Sequence record: DRR723986_7372
DNA length: 43,865 nt
Reading direction: 5' to 3' (one strand)
Shown: positions 28,025 to 36,452 of the stretch, piece after piece
Layout of the letters: each line of letters begins with the position of its first letter
How positions within the stretch are numbered: the stretch's first letter is position 1
Notes under the pieces: model-generated
Databases searched by the model: none
What the model was told of the DNA's origin: nothing
What the model saw: the letters and a program-made list of their open reading frames with translations, nothing else
Position numbers and translations under genes: made by a program

Positions 28025-28660
28025 TTACTGCTCTGTGATTGGATGTGCATCGAGTGCACGGCGAATTGCCTGGGTAATCTGAGGGCTTGTGGGTGAGACA
28101 CCGCTTTTGAAGGTGCCGACCACTTCGCCCTTGCGATTGATCAGGTATTTATGGAAATTCCAGCCGGGTTGTTCTCCGCTGGCGTTGGCCAATTGCTTGT
28201 ACAAAGGGTTGGCCCCATCCCCTTTCACCACGGTTTTTGCAAACATCGGAAACTTCACTCCGAATGTGTTGTTGCAAAAAGCCGCAATTTCCTTGTTCGA
28301 TTTGTATTCTTGATTACCGAAGTCGCTTGATGGAAAGCCCACGACACTAAAACCTTTCGATTTGTATTGGCTGTGCACTTTTTCGAGTTCTTCATACTGG
28401 CTGGTAAAACCGCAGAAGCTCGCCGTATTGACCACCAACAAGACTTGTCCCTTGAAGTTGCAAAGTGAAATCGCCTTCTCGTCCTGAAGTCTGGGAAACT
28501 CGTGGTTCAGCAAAGCTGGGCATTGCTGGCCTGGCTTGGCCTGTGCAGAGTTCCACAGCAACAAGCCAAACACCGCAATCATGCCAGCCATAACCCGCTG
28601 CCCAAGGTTTACCCGGACTGGACTAGACAGATGCTTGTCTTTACAATGCACATTATCCAC
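28025..28660 (-). CDS. Glutathione peroxidase family (Cys-type), predicted exported
   Basis: NTASFCGFT, GFPS.DFG.QE, WNFHKYL; hydrophobic segment ending AQA. Start codon uncertain. Confidence 0.9.
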   Translation of the reverse strand: MDNVHCKDKHLSSPVRVNLGQRVMAGMIAVFGLLLWNSAQAKPGQQCPALLNHEFPRLQDEKAISLCNFKGQVLLVVNTASFCGFTSQYEELEKVHSQYKSKGFSVVGFPSSDFGNQEYKSNKEIAAFCNNTFGVKFPMFAKTVVKGDGANPLYKQLANASGEQPGWNFHKYLINRKGEVVGTFKSGVSPTSPQITQAIRRALDAHPITEQ

Positions 28661-28733
28661 TTGAATGTCTCTATATGTGTGGTTAAATCTGAGTCAATGT
28701 GTTAGTTTGATTGGCAATCAGGCTTTGAGTTCC

Positions 28734-28762
28734 ATTATCATTCGTTCAGTGTGGCAAGTCAA
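28734..28762 (-). promoter_or_regulatory. Sigma70-type promoter for the gpx-folE2-ufa arm
   Basis: Minus strand TTGACT (28762-28757), 17-nt spacer, GATAAT (28739-28734). Confidence 0.6.
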
Positions 28763-28777
28763 TTTGTCTAGGACAAA
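28763..28777. promoter_or_regulatory. Palindromic candidate operator TTTGTC-TAG-GACAAA
   Basis: Perfect 6-bp inverted repeat abutting the -35 above, 38 nt upstream of the MerR gene ATG. Confidence 0.55.
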
Positions 28778-28815
28778 ACAAAGATGTTGAAGTTTCACCG
28801 TGGTCAGGTTCAGGT

Positions 28816-29757
28816 ATGAATGAGCGTGCAGATTTAAGCCAACCCTCATTTTCAATCGCAGCAGTCGAGCGGGACACCGGCTTGCCCAAAGACACGCTGC
28901 GCGTCTGGGAAAAGCGCTACAACTTTCCACAACCTGGCCGGGATTCCTTCGGTGAGCGTATTTACTCCATCGATCAAGTCGAGAAATTGCGAGTCATCAA
29001 AAGGCTTCTCGACGGCGGTCACCGCCCCGGAAAAATCATTGGTTTGAGTATCGACGAACTCGTCAAGTTGGCAGAGGTCAGTAGCGCGGGTTCGAGAATG
29101 AACGTGGCGCCAGACAGCCTGGACGAATTGAATGGCTACATGGAGCTCATCAAGCGACATGATGCAGAAGAATTCCGCCAGGCGATGTCTCGCCTGGCCT
29201 TGACTATGGGTCTGCGCCGTTTTGTGGTTGAAATCGTGGCGCCCATGAATGCAATGGTGGGCGACGCTTGGGCTCGTGGGTACTTTGAAATTTTTGAAGA
29301 ACACATTTACACCGAGACCATTCAGGTGGTGCTGCGCAATGCATTGAACACCATTCCCTCCACCCGAAAGGGTCCACGCGTACTGCTCACCACACTTCCC
29401 AACGAGTTGCATGGTTTGGGTTTGCTGATGGCCGAATGCATTTTTTCAATGGAAGGTGCTCAGTGCGTATCACTGGGTACCCAAACGCCCATCTACGACA
29501 TTGTATTGGCTGCCCGCGCGCAGAACATCAATATTGTGGCCTTGTCATTCTCGGTGATACAAAGTTCGCCCGCAGTGCTTGAAGCGGTTGCCGAGTTGCG
29601 CGAGAAGTTGCCTCCCATGGTTGAAATCTGGTGTGGTGGTTCCTCCACGGCCCTGCGCAAAAAGCCTTCAGAAGACTTCGTGCTGCTCTCCAGCCTTGAG
29701 TCGATCAGCGAGTCGATTGCAGACTGGCGACTGCGCAACAAATTCAATCAGCAGTAA
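28816..29757 (+). CDS. litR: CarH/LitR-type MerR transcriptional regulator with cobalamin-binding domain
   Basis: MerR HTH with RVWEKRY; W-x9-EH (WARGYFEIFEEH); ExHxxG-x41-SxS-x27-GG (ELHGLG...SFS...CGG). Confidence 0.9.
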   Translation: MNERADLSQPSFSIAAVERDTGLPKDTLRVWEKRYNFPQPGRDSFGERIYSIDQVEKLRVIKRLLDGGHRPGKIIGLSIDELVKLAEVSSAGSRMNVAPDSLDELNGYMELIKRHDAEEFRQAMSRLALTMGLRRFVVEIVAPMNAMVGDAWARGYFEIFEEHIYTETIQVVLRNALNTIPSTRKGPRVLLTTLPNELHGLGLLMAECIFSMEGAQCVSLGTQTPIYDIVLAARAQNINIVALSFSVIQSSPAVLEAVAELREKLPPMVEIWCGGSSTALRKKPSEDFVLLSSLESISESIADWRLRNKFNQQ

Positions 29758-29762
29758 CTCCA

Positions 29763-29936
29763 GTGTCCGGCAAGCAGCAAGCTTTCAAAGGCAACAAGTC
29801 GTATTTGCCCAGCAAGCCGTGTACCGTTTGCGGCAAAGACATGACCTGGCGCAAAAGTTGGGCCAGGAACTGGGATGATGTGAAGTACTGCTCAGATGCT
29901 TGCCGCAAGGCTGCGCCACGAACGAGCGGCAAATAA
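29763..29936 (+). CDS. DUF2256 family small Cys-rich protein (57 aa; not in ORF track)
   Basis: MSGKQQAFKGNKSYLPSKPCTVCGKDMTWRKSWARNWDDVKYCSDACRKAAPRTSGK matches the LPxKxCxxCG...WRKxW..W..VKYCSxxCR pattern. Confidence 0.9.
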   Translation: MSGKQQAFKGNKSYLPSKPCTVCGKDMTWRKSWARNWDDVKYCSDACRKAAPRTSGK

Positions 29937-29952
29937 ACTGGCAGCAAACAAC

Positions 29953-31494
29953 ATGGGCAGTGACACAAAAGCAGTGGTGGTGTTGGGCGACCAACTCGAT
30001 ATGAACAACCCCGCGCTGCGACTCAATCCCCCGGAAAACACCCACATCATCATGGTGGAGTCCGCCATGGAATCAACTGTGGTTTGGGTTCATAAGGTAC
30101 GCATTGCTTTGTTTCTCAGTGCCATGCGACATTTCGCCGATGAGTTGCGCCATGCAGGTTACACGGTGCACTACCGCACTTTGGCAGACACGGGTCGACG
30201 CAGTCTTGTGCAGGAAGTCGCTGCACTGTGCAAGCAACACGGATATACCAGCATCGACATGGCCGAGCCCGGAGAATGGCGCTTGGAGCAAGACTTCCTG
30301 ACGCTTGCCAAATCAGAAAACATCAAACTTCGCATGCTCGAAGACTCGCATTATTTGTGCAGCCGCGCTGAATTCGCAAAGTGGGCCAGTGGCTACAAAC
30401 AGATGCGCATGGAGTATTTTTATCGCGAAATGCGCAAGCGCACGGGCGTATTGATGGAGGGTGCTGAACCGGCGGGTGGCAAATGGAATTTTGACGCGGA
30501 CAATCGCAGTGCCTTTCCCAAGGCAGGTCCAGGCGACATTACGCCCCCTGCATTTTTCGAACCCGATGAAATCACTCAGGCAGTATTTGCAGAGGTTGAA
30601 GCGAGTTTTCCTGATCACCCAGGCACATTGAAAAATTTTGCGTGGCCAGTGACACGTGAACAGGCTCTGCAGGCGCTCGATGCCTTCATTGAGAACCGTT
30701 TTGTCAACTTTGGCACCTATCAGGATGCGATGTGGACTGACACGCCGTTCGGTTGGCACTCACTGGTGTCCAGTTCAATCAACTTGCACTTGCTACATCC
30801 CCTAGAAGTCATTCAAAAAGCAGAGGCGGCTTACCGCGCGGGCAAGGTGGATGTCGCCAGTGCAGAAGGGTTTGTTCGGCAAATTCTGGGCTGGCGTGAA
30901 TTCATGCGCGGGGTGTATTGGCTCGATATGCCGAAAATGCGTGACGACAACCATTTGCAAGCCGAACTTGATTTGCCCAAATGGTTTTGGACTGGCAATA
31001 CCCAGATGAACTGCCTGAAAGACTCCATCGGCCAAACGCTCGATTACGGCTATGCACATCATATTCAACGTTTGATGGTGATTGGCAATTTTGCCTTGTT
31101 GGCCGGGCTAGTGCCACAGCAGGTGGAAGACTGGTTCTTGGCGGTGTACGTAGACGCCGTTGAGTGGGTTGAGCTGCCCAATGTGGCCGGCATGGCTCTA
31201 TTTGCCAATGGCGGGCGTTTCACCAGCAAGCCCTACATTGCCTCGGGTGCTTACATCAAACGCATGAGCAACTATTGCGGCGGTTGCAAATACGACCCAG
31301 CTGAGAAAACTGGTGACAAGGCCTGCCCATTCACGACGCTGTACTGGGGGTTTCTTGACCGGCATGAAAAAATGCTGTCCGCCAACCCGCGAACCGGCCT
31401 GATGGCCAAAAACATTGCGCGACTGGATGAGGCCCAGCGCCGTGCTCTTCGGCAAAAAGTAGCCGATACCTTCAAGAATATTGAACAACTGTAA
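29953..31494 (+). CDS. phrB: FeS-cluster bacterial cryptochrome/(6-4) photolyase (PhrB/CryB class)
   Basis: VLGDQL, FLSAMRHFA, RMEYFYREMR, GGKWNFD, EGFVRQILGWREF, YAHHIQRLM; 4Fe-4S Cys in MNC...YCGGC...ACPF. Start ATG 29953. Confidence 0.93.
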   Translation: MGSDTKAVVVLGDQLDMNNPALRLNPPENTHIIMVESAMESTVVWVHKVRIALFLSAMRHFADELRHAGYTVHYRTLADTGRRSLVQEVAALCKQHGYTSIDMAEPGEWRLEQDFLTLAKSENIKLRMLEDSHYLCSRAEFAKWASGYKQMRMEYFYREMRKRTGVLMEGAEPAGGKWNFDADNRSAFPKAGPGDITPPAFFEPDEITQAVFAEVEASFPDHPGTLKNFAWPVTREQALQALDAFIENRFVNFGTYQDAMWTDTPFGWHSLVSSSINLHLLHPLEVIQKAEAAYRAGKVDVASAEGFVRQILGWREFMRGVYWLDMPKMRDDNHLQAELDLPKWFWTGNTQMNCLKDSIGQTLDYGYAHHIQRLMVIGNFALLAGLVPQQVEDWFLAVYVDAVEWVELPNVAGMALFANGGRFTSKPYIASGAYIKRMSNYCGGCKYDPAEKTGDKACPFTTLYWGFLDRHEKMLSANPRTGLMAKNIARLDEAQRRALRQKVADTFKNIEQL

Positions 31495-31547
31495 GCCTCC
31501 GTTTTGTTAAGGTGAGGCCTTGTTGTTGCAGTGCAAGGAGTGGAAGC

Positions 31548-32543
31548 ATGGGTCTGTTGGTCGATGGTCAGTGGCAAGACAAGTGGTATGACACCAGTTC
31601 AAGCGGTGGCAAATTTCAGCGAGAAAGCGCCAAGTTGCGCAACTGGGTGACCGCAGACGGCAGCGCTGGGCCAAGCGGTATAGGTGGATTCAAGGCTGAA
31701 AGTGGCCGCTACCATTTGTATGTGTCCCTTGCTTGCCCATGGGCGCATCGCACCCTGATTTTCCGCAAGCTGAAAAATCTTGAAAATCACATTGACGTTT
31801 CGGTTGTTAGCCCGGACATGCTCAGCCATGGCTGGACATTCAACACAGATGCGGGCAGCACTGGCGACATGCTTTTCAACAGCGAATTCATGCACCAAAT
31901 TTACACGCGTAACAAAAGCGACTACTCCGGGCGGGTCACAGTGCCCGTGTTGTGGTGTAAAAAAACCAATCAGATTGTCAGCAATGAATCGTCTGAAATT
32001 ATTCGCATGTTCAATTCAGCGTTCAATGAAATCACTGGCAATCACGATGATTACTACCCTGAAAACCTGCGTGCCATGATCGATCGGGTCAACGGACTGG
32101 TGTATGACAACATCAACAACGGTGTATACCGGGCTGGCTTTGCCACTGCGCAGGGCGCTTACGAAGAAGCCTACAACGCCGTGTTCATGGCGCTAGATTC
32201 TGTCGAAAAAATCCTGGAGAACAACCGCTATTTGGTGGGGCCAAGAATGACAGAAGCGGATTGGCGCTTGTTCACCACCTTGATCAGGTTTGATGCGGTG
32301 TACCACGGCCATTTCAAGTGCAATCGCCAAAGGCTTGAAGACTTTCCAAACATTTCCAACTATGTGCGCGAGTTGTATCAGTGGCCTGGCGTGGCAGAAA
32401 CCGTCGATTTTTATCACATCAAACGCCATTACTACTACAGCCATGACATGATCAACCCCACACGGGTTGTGCCCGCAGGCCCAGCCATCGACTTCACCCG
32501 TGAGCACAACCGCACGCGTTTGCCTGCAAGCCACGCCGCATAA
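31548..32543 (+). CDS. yqjG: Glutathionyl-hydroquinone reductase (GST Xi class)
   Basis: MGLLVDGQW, YHLYVSLACPWAHR, TVPVLW, NESSEI, NNGVY, RFDAVYHGHFKCN. RBS AAGGAG. Confidence 0.93.
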   Translation: MGLLVDGQWQDKWYDTSSSGGKFQRESAKLRNWVTADGSAGPSGIGGFKAESGRYHLYVSLACPWAHRTLIFRKLKNLENHIDVSVVSPDMLSHGWTFNTDAGSTGDMLFNSEFMHQIYTRNKSDYSGRVTVPVLWCKKTNQIVSNESSEIIRMFNSAFNEITGNHDDYYPENLRAMIDRVNGLVYDNINNGVYRAGFATAQGAYEEAYNAVFMALDSVEKILENNRYLVGPRMTEADWRLFTTLIRFDAVYHGHFKCNRQRLEDFPNISNYVRELYQWPGVAETVDFYHIKRHYYYSHDMINPTRVVPAGPAIDFTREHNRTRLPASHAA

Positions 32544-32584
32544 TTCGGTGGTAATCTTGGGCAACATTCATTCTCGTGTTGCTC

Positions 32585-33757
32585 ATGGCCCGCCACCCTG
32601 AACTGCAAGGTTTTCAAGTCGATTCCGCCATTGAACGATTGCCCGCCCGTGCCAAAGTGTATGTGGTGGGCGGTGCAGTTCGCGATGCGCTGATGGGTCG
32701 CACCAGCAGCGATAGGGACTGGGTGGTAGTCGGTGCGACCGTGGACAATATGCTGGCTGCTGGTTTTACTCCGGTGGGTTCAGACTTTCCTGTGTTTTTG
32801 CACCCGCGTACCCGCGAAGAATATGCCTTGGCCCGCACCGAGCGCAAAAGCGGACATGGCTACAAAGGCTTTACTTTTCACGCAGACCCCTCTGTTACCC
32901 TCGAAGAAGACTTGGCTCGCCGTGATTTCACCGTGAATGCCATGGCCATGAATGCGAAAGGTGATTTAATCGACCCATTTCATGGGTTTGTCGACCTTCA
33001 AAACAAATGCATGCGCCATGTTAGCCCTGCTTTTTCTGAAGATCCGCTGCGAGTGCTTCGCCTGGCGCGCTTTCTGGCCCGTTTTCTCGATTTTTCAGTG
33101 GCCGAGGAAACCATGGACTTGTGCCGGGAATTGCGGGCAAGCGGCGAGTTAAAACACCTTGTGGCCGAGCGTATATACGCCGAGTTGAACAAAGGCATGG
33201 GCGAGGTGAAGCCTTCCCGCATGATCAAATTGATCAGCAAGCTCAATGCCTGGGGTGAGTTGGCACCGAGCTGCCCTGTGCCGTTTTCTGGTTTCGACAA
33301 GCCAGAATACGATCGTTTGAATGGTCTTTCCGCCGCTGAAGCGCGCTGGGTTTATTGTCTTGGGTTTTTCCTGGATGTTGCACAGATCCGGGCTTTGGCC
33401 AAGGCATGGCGTTTACCGCGCAACACCGAAGATTTGTCGATCGTCACGCGTCAGTGCCTTGATTTTCTGGCGCAGTGTACGACCGATTCCAACAGTTTTG
33501 GAAGGTTTTTCAATCAGGTCGATCTTTACAGAAAGCCAGCCCGTTTGCGGCAGATTAACCAGCTTGTGGCCCAGCTAAGTGGTACGGGGCCAGTACACGA
33601 ATTTGTCGAGAAGGCTGTCGCGGAATTGGAACAAGGGCATTACAAAACTTTTGTTGGTGATAAAATCGCCGATGCCCTGCCAAGTGAACAGGTGGCCCAA
33701 GTGGCCTCGGAAGCGCGACAGGCCTGGGTCAGTGAATTACATTCCAGATACTTTTGA
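32585..33757 (+). CDS. cca: CCA tRNA nucleotidyltransferase (no HD phosphatase domain)
   Basis: VGGAVRD, DRDW, EYALARTERK, DLARRDFTVNAMA, EDPLRVLR. Confidence 0.9.
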   Translation: MARHPELQGFQVDSAIERLPARAKVYVVGGAVRDALMGRTSSDRDWVVVGATVDNMLAAGFTPVGSDFPVFLHPRTREEYALARTERKSGHGYKGFTFHADPSVTLEEDLARRDFTVNAMAMNAKGDLIDPFHGFVDLQNKCMRHVSPAFSEDPLRVLRLARFLARFLDFSVAEETMDLCRELRASGELKHLVAERIYAELNKGMGEVKPSRMIKLISKLNAWGELAPSCPVPFSGFDKPEYDRLNGLSAAEARWVYCLGFFLDVAQIRALAKAWRLPRNTEDLSIVTRQCLDFLAQCTTDSNSFGRFFNQVDLYRKPARLRQINQLVAQLSGTGPVHEFVEKAVAELEQGHYKTFVGDKIADALPSEQVAQVASEARQAWVSELHSRYF

Positions 33758-33765
33758 TTCTTGAA

Positions 33766-33809
33766 GTGAGGACGACCTCACCGCTCAACCTTCGATCGGG
33801 GACGGCCCC
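33766..33809 (+). ncRNA. Guanidine-II (mini-ykkC) riboswitch
   Basis: Two hairpins with ACGR tetraloops, GTGAGG-ACGA-CCTCAC (33766-33781) and GGGG-ACGG-CCCC (33798-33809), with a 16-nt linker, directly upstream of the SD/ATG of an SMR (Gdx) gene. Confidence 0.93.
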
Positions 33810-33830
33810 ATTTGCTTGATGGGAGTTGTC

Positions 33831-34142
33831 ATGTCCTGGTTAATTCTGTTTGTAGCGGGTCTCTTTGAAATCGTTTGGGCCATTGGCCTGAAATACACCG
33901 ATGGTTTCACCCGCCTAGTTCCCTCTGCCATCACCTTGATTGCCGCTGCCATCAGCTTTGGGCTGTTGGGCCTGGCCATGAAAACCCTGCCTGTTGGCAC
34001 CGCTTACAGTGTCTGGGTCGGTATTGGCGCGGCTGGTACGGTGCTCATGGGTATTGTCTTGTTCAATGAGCCTGTCAATGCACTGCGCATTGGCAGCGTG
34101 GTACTGATTGTGTTGGGTGTATTGGGCTTGAAGCTGTCATGA
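33831..34142 (+). CDS. sugE: SMR-family guanidinium exporter Gdx (SugE)
   Basis: [40 protein letters not shown]; 4 TM; riboswitch upstream. Confidence 0.94.
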   Translation: MSWLILFVAGLFEIVWAIGLKYTDGFTRLVPSAITLIAAAISFGLLGLAMKTLPVGTAYSVWVGIGAAGTVLMGIVLFNEPVNALRIGSVVLIVLGVLGLKLS

Positions 34143-34705
34143 AAAATATTTGTGTGTACTGCGGCTCCAGTGCGGGCAACCGGGTTGAATACACCGAGGG
34201 TGCGAAAGCCTTGGCCCGTGCATTGGTCGACAATAGTTTCGGCCTGGTGTACGGCGGGTCTAATTTGGGCTTGATGGGTGTGGTGGCGGAAGAGGTATTG
34301 GCTTTGGGCGGCAATGTCACTGGCATTATTCCCGAATCGCTGGTGACCAAGGAACTGGCCCACCCTGCCTTGACTGAGTTGATCGTAACTCGCAACATGC
34401 ACGAGCGCAAAGCCCTGATGGCCGAGCGTTCTGATGGCTTTGTTGCTTTGCCCGGTGGTTTGGGAACTTTCGAAGAACTCTTTGAAATCCTGACCTGGGC
34501 GCAACTCAGTTTTCATCACAAGCCAGTGGGTGTGTTGAATGTGAGTGGCTATTACGACGGTTTGCTCGCCTTTCTGGATCATGCTCATCAGGAGGCATTC
34601 ATTCGGCCCCAGCACCGCAATATGTTGATGACCAATACCTGTGCATTCTCGCTGCTCGAAGCTTTCAAAACGTACAGCGCGCCCGCGGTCGTAAAGTGGG
34701 TTTAA
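34139..34705 (+). CDS. LOG family nucleotide phosphoribohydrolase
   Basis: [29 protein letters not shown]. Confidence 0.92.
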   Translation: MKNICVYCGSSAGNRVEYTEGAKALARALVDNSFGLVYGGSNLGLMGVVAEEVLALGGNVTGIIPESLVTKELAHPALTELIVTRNMHERKALMAERSDGFVALPGGLGTFEELFEILTWAQLSFHHKPVGVLNVSGYYDGLLAFLDHAHQEAFIRPQHRNMLMTNTCAFSLLEAFKTYSAPAVVKWV

Positions 34706-34711
34706 GCGGCC

Positions 34712-35260
34712 ATGCAACACGCTACACGATCAGCTTTTCAAATCCGGGATGCCTGCCTGGCCGACATGCCTGCTGTGCAGGCTTTGTATGCGCATTATGT
34801 ACTTCATGAGCTGGCCACATTTGAGCTGGTTCCGCCGACAGTGGAAGAAATGTGTGCCCGACGGCAAGCCATACTCGAGTCCGGTCTGCCTTATCTGGTT
34901 GCACAAATCGATCAGGAGATTGTTGGTTACGCCTATGCAGCCAGTTACAGGCCTAGGCCCGCTTACCGCTACACCGTTGAAGATTCAGTGTATTTGTCAC
35001 CAAACCACAAAGGCATGGGCTTGGGTGCGGCTTTGCTTGGAGAGGTCATTCGCAGGTGCGAGCAGGGCCCCTGGCGGCAAATGGTGGCAGTAATTACGCA
35101 GGGAGGCATCGCAGGTTCCGCGGAATTACACCGAAAACTGGGTTTTCTGGAAGTTGGGCGCATGCCCAACGTAGGCTACAAATTCAATCGTTGGGTGGGC
35201 ACGCTCATCATGCAACGTGCTTTGGGAGAGGGTGATAATTCTTCACCCGATCCTCTTTAA
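34712..35260 (+). CDS. GNAT acetyltransferase (YncA/MddA/Pat-like)
   Basis: ATFE..PP, YRPRPAYRYTVEDSVY, GMGLG, LHRKLGF, VGYKFNRW. Confidence 0.88.
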   Translation: MQHATRSAFQIRDACLADMPAVQALYAHYVLHELATFELVPPTVEEMCARRQAILESGLPYLVAQIDQEIVGYAYAASYRPRPAYRYTVEDSVYLSPNHKGMGLGAALLGEVIRRCEQGPWRQMVAVITQGGIAGSAELHRKLGFLEVGRMPNVGYKFNRWVGTLIMQRALGEGDNSSPDPL

Positions 35261-35264
35261 GGAA

Positions 35265-36017
35265 ATGGCTCTGGACATTAACGACTACACCCTGATCGTA
35301 GGGCTGGCATTTTTGGTGGCAGGTTTCGTCAAAGGCGTCACCGGCATGGGTTTGCCCCCAATCGCAATTGGTTTAATGGCGGTCGCGGTGGCACCAGTTC
35401 AGGCGGCAGCGCTTATTGTTGTGCCCTCCATGGTCAGCAATGTCTGGCAAATGCTGATAGGCCCGGGATTTTGGATTGCCTTGCGCCGCTTTGCCGGTTT
35501 ACTCGTCATGGTGTGTATCGGCGCTGCCTTCGGGGTGGGCGTTTTGACCGGTAGCACGCCTGCGTATGCCACCCTGGTTTTGGGTCTTGTCCTGTTTGTG
35601 TACGCCGTGTTGGGTCTGTTCAAGTTCAACATGCATGTGAACGCCAGTCAGGAACGCTGGGCTTCGCCCCTGGTGGGTGGGCTTACCGGGTTTCTGGCGG
35701 GTGCAACCGGCGTTTCATCGGTGCCTTCCGCACCGTACATGAATTCCTTGGGTATGGACAAAGACGAGTTGTTGCAGGCTTTGGGTTTGGTATTCACCGT
35801 GGGCACTTTTGCTCTGGCAGTGGGCCTGTACCTCAAGGGGCGGTTTGAATTGGCTGCGGCCTGGGAATCCACTTTGTGCCTGATACCCACCATGGCCGGG
35901 GTGCTGGCGGGGCAAAAATGCCGAGCCCTGTTGAGCGCAGAGACTTTCAAAACCGTGTTTTTCCTTGGCTTGCTGCTATTGGGCAGCTACATGATTGCCC
36001 GTGTGCTTTGGCTGTAG
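35265..36017 (+). CDS. TauE/SafE family transporter
   Basis: AGFVKGVTGMGLP, PSMVSNVWQ, 8 TM. Start ATG 35265. Confidence 0.85.
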   Translation: MALDINDYTLIVGLAFLVAGFVKGVTGMGLPPIAIGLMAVAVAPVQAAALIVVPSMVSNVWQMLIGPGFWIALRRFAGLLVMVCIGAAFGVGVLTGSTPAYATLVLGLVLFVYAVLGLFKFNMHVNASQERWASPLVGGLTGFLAGATGVSSVPSAPYMNSLGMDKDELLQALGLVFTVGTFALAVGLYLKGRFELAAAWESTLCLIPTMAGVLAGQKCRALLSAETFKTVFFLGLLLLGSYMIARVLWL

Positions 36018-36058
36018 GCTGATATACACTGAGAACTCAAACACCCAGGGAGAAAAGC

Positions 36059-36448
36059 ATGCGTCGCATGTGGGTAGCAGTGTGCATCATGGCGGGCGCA
36101 GCTGGTTTGCTCAATGCCGGTCAACTTCATGCCGCACCTATCACGGTCGAGAAAGCACTGGCCCGTTTGAATCAGGAAGTGCAGGTTCAAATGAAAGTCC
36201 GTTCCAGCAAATTGCGCACCGAACGCGATGAAGTCGACTTGAATTCACACACCAGTTTTCGGGATCCAGCCAATCTCTCCGTGGTCATTGATGGTCGCGT
36301 GGCGGCTTGGTATTCGTATCAAGGTATTCACGACTTGCCAAAATTCTTTTTTGGTAAAAATATTGTGGTGTCGGGTGTGGTTGAGCAATTTGGCGATCAA
36401 ACCCGAATCCTTGTCGTCGACCCAGCCCAAATTCAAATCGTGAAGTAA
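36059..36448 (+). CDS. Exported OB-fold-like hypothetical protein
   Basis: Signal peptide; beta-rich 'GKNIVVSGVVEQF...ILVVDPAQI' pattern; GGGAG RBS. Confidence 0.55.
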   Translation: MRRMWVAVCIMAGAAGLLNAGQLHAAPITVEKALARLNQEVQVQMKVRSSKLRTERDEVDLNSHTSFRDPANLSVVIDGRVAAWYSYQGIHDLPKFFFGKNIVVSGVVEQFGDQTRILVVDPAQIQIVK

Positions 36449-36452
36449 GCCC

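Noticed and set aside
28412-28414. Possible selenocysteine in the glutathione peroxidase
   Set aside because: The active-site codon is TGC (Cys), not TGA.
29896-29952. N-terminal extension of the photolyase in the ORF track (similar extensions for tadC, DUF1365, ppk2, yqjG, TauE)
   Set aside because: The extensions overlap real upstream genes or precede better RBS/ATG pairs; they are longest-ORF artefacts.
34004-34720. 238-aa minus-strand ORF
   Set aside because: Antisense shadow of the LOG and sugE genes.
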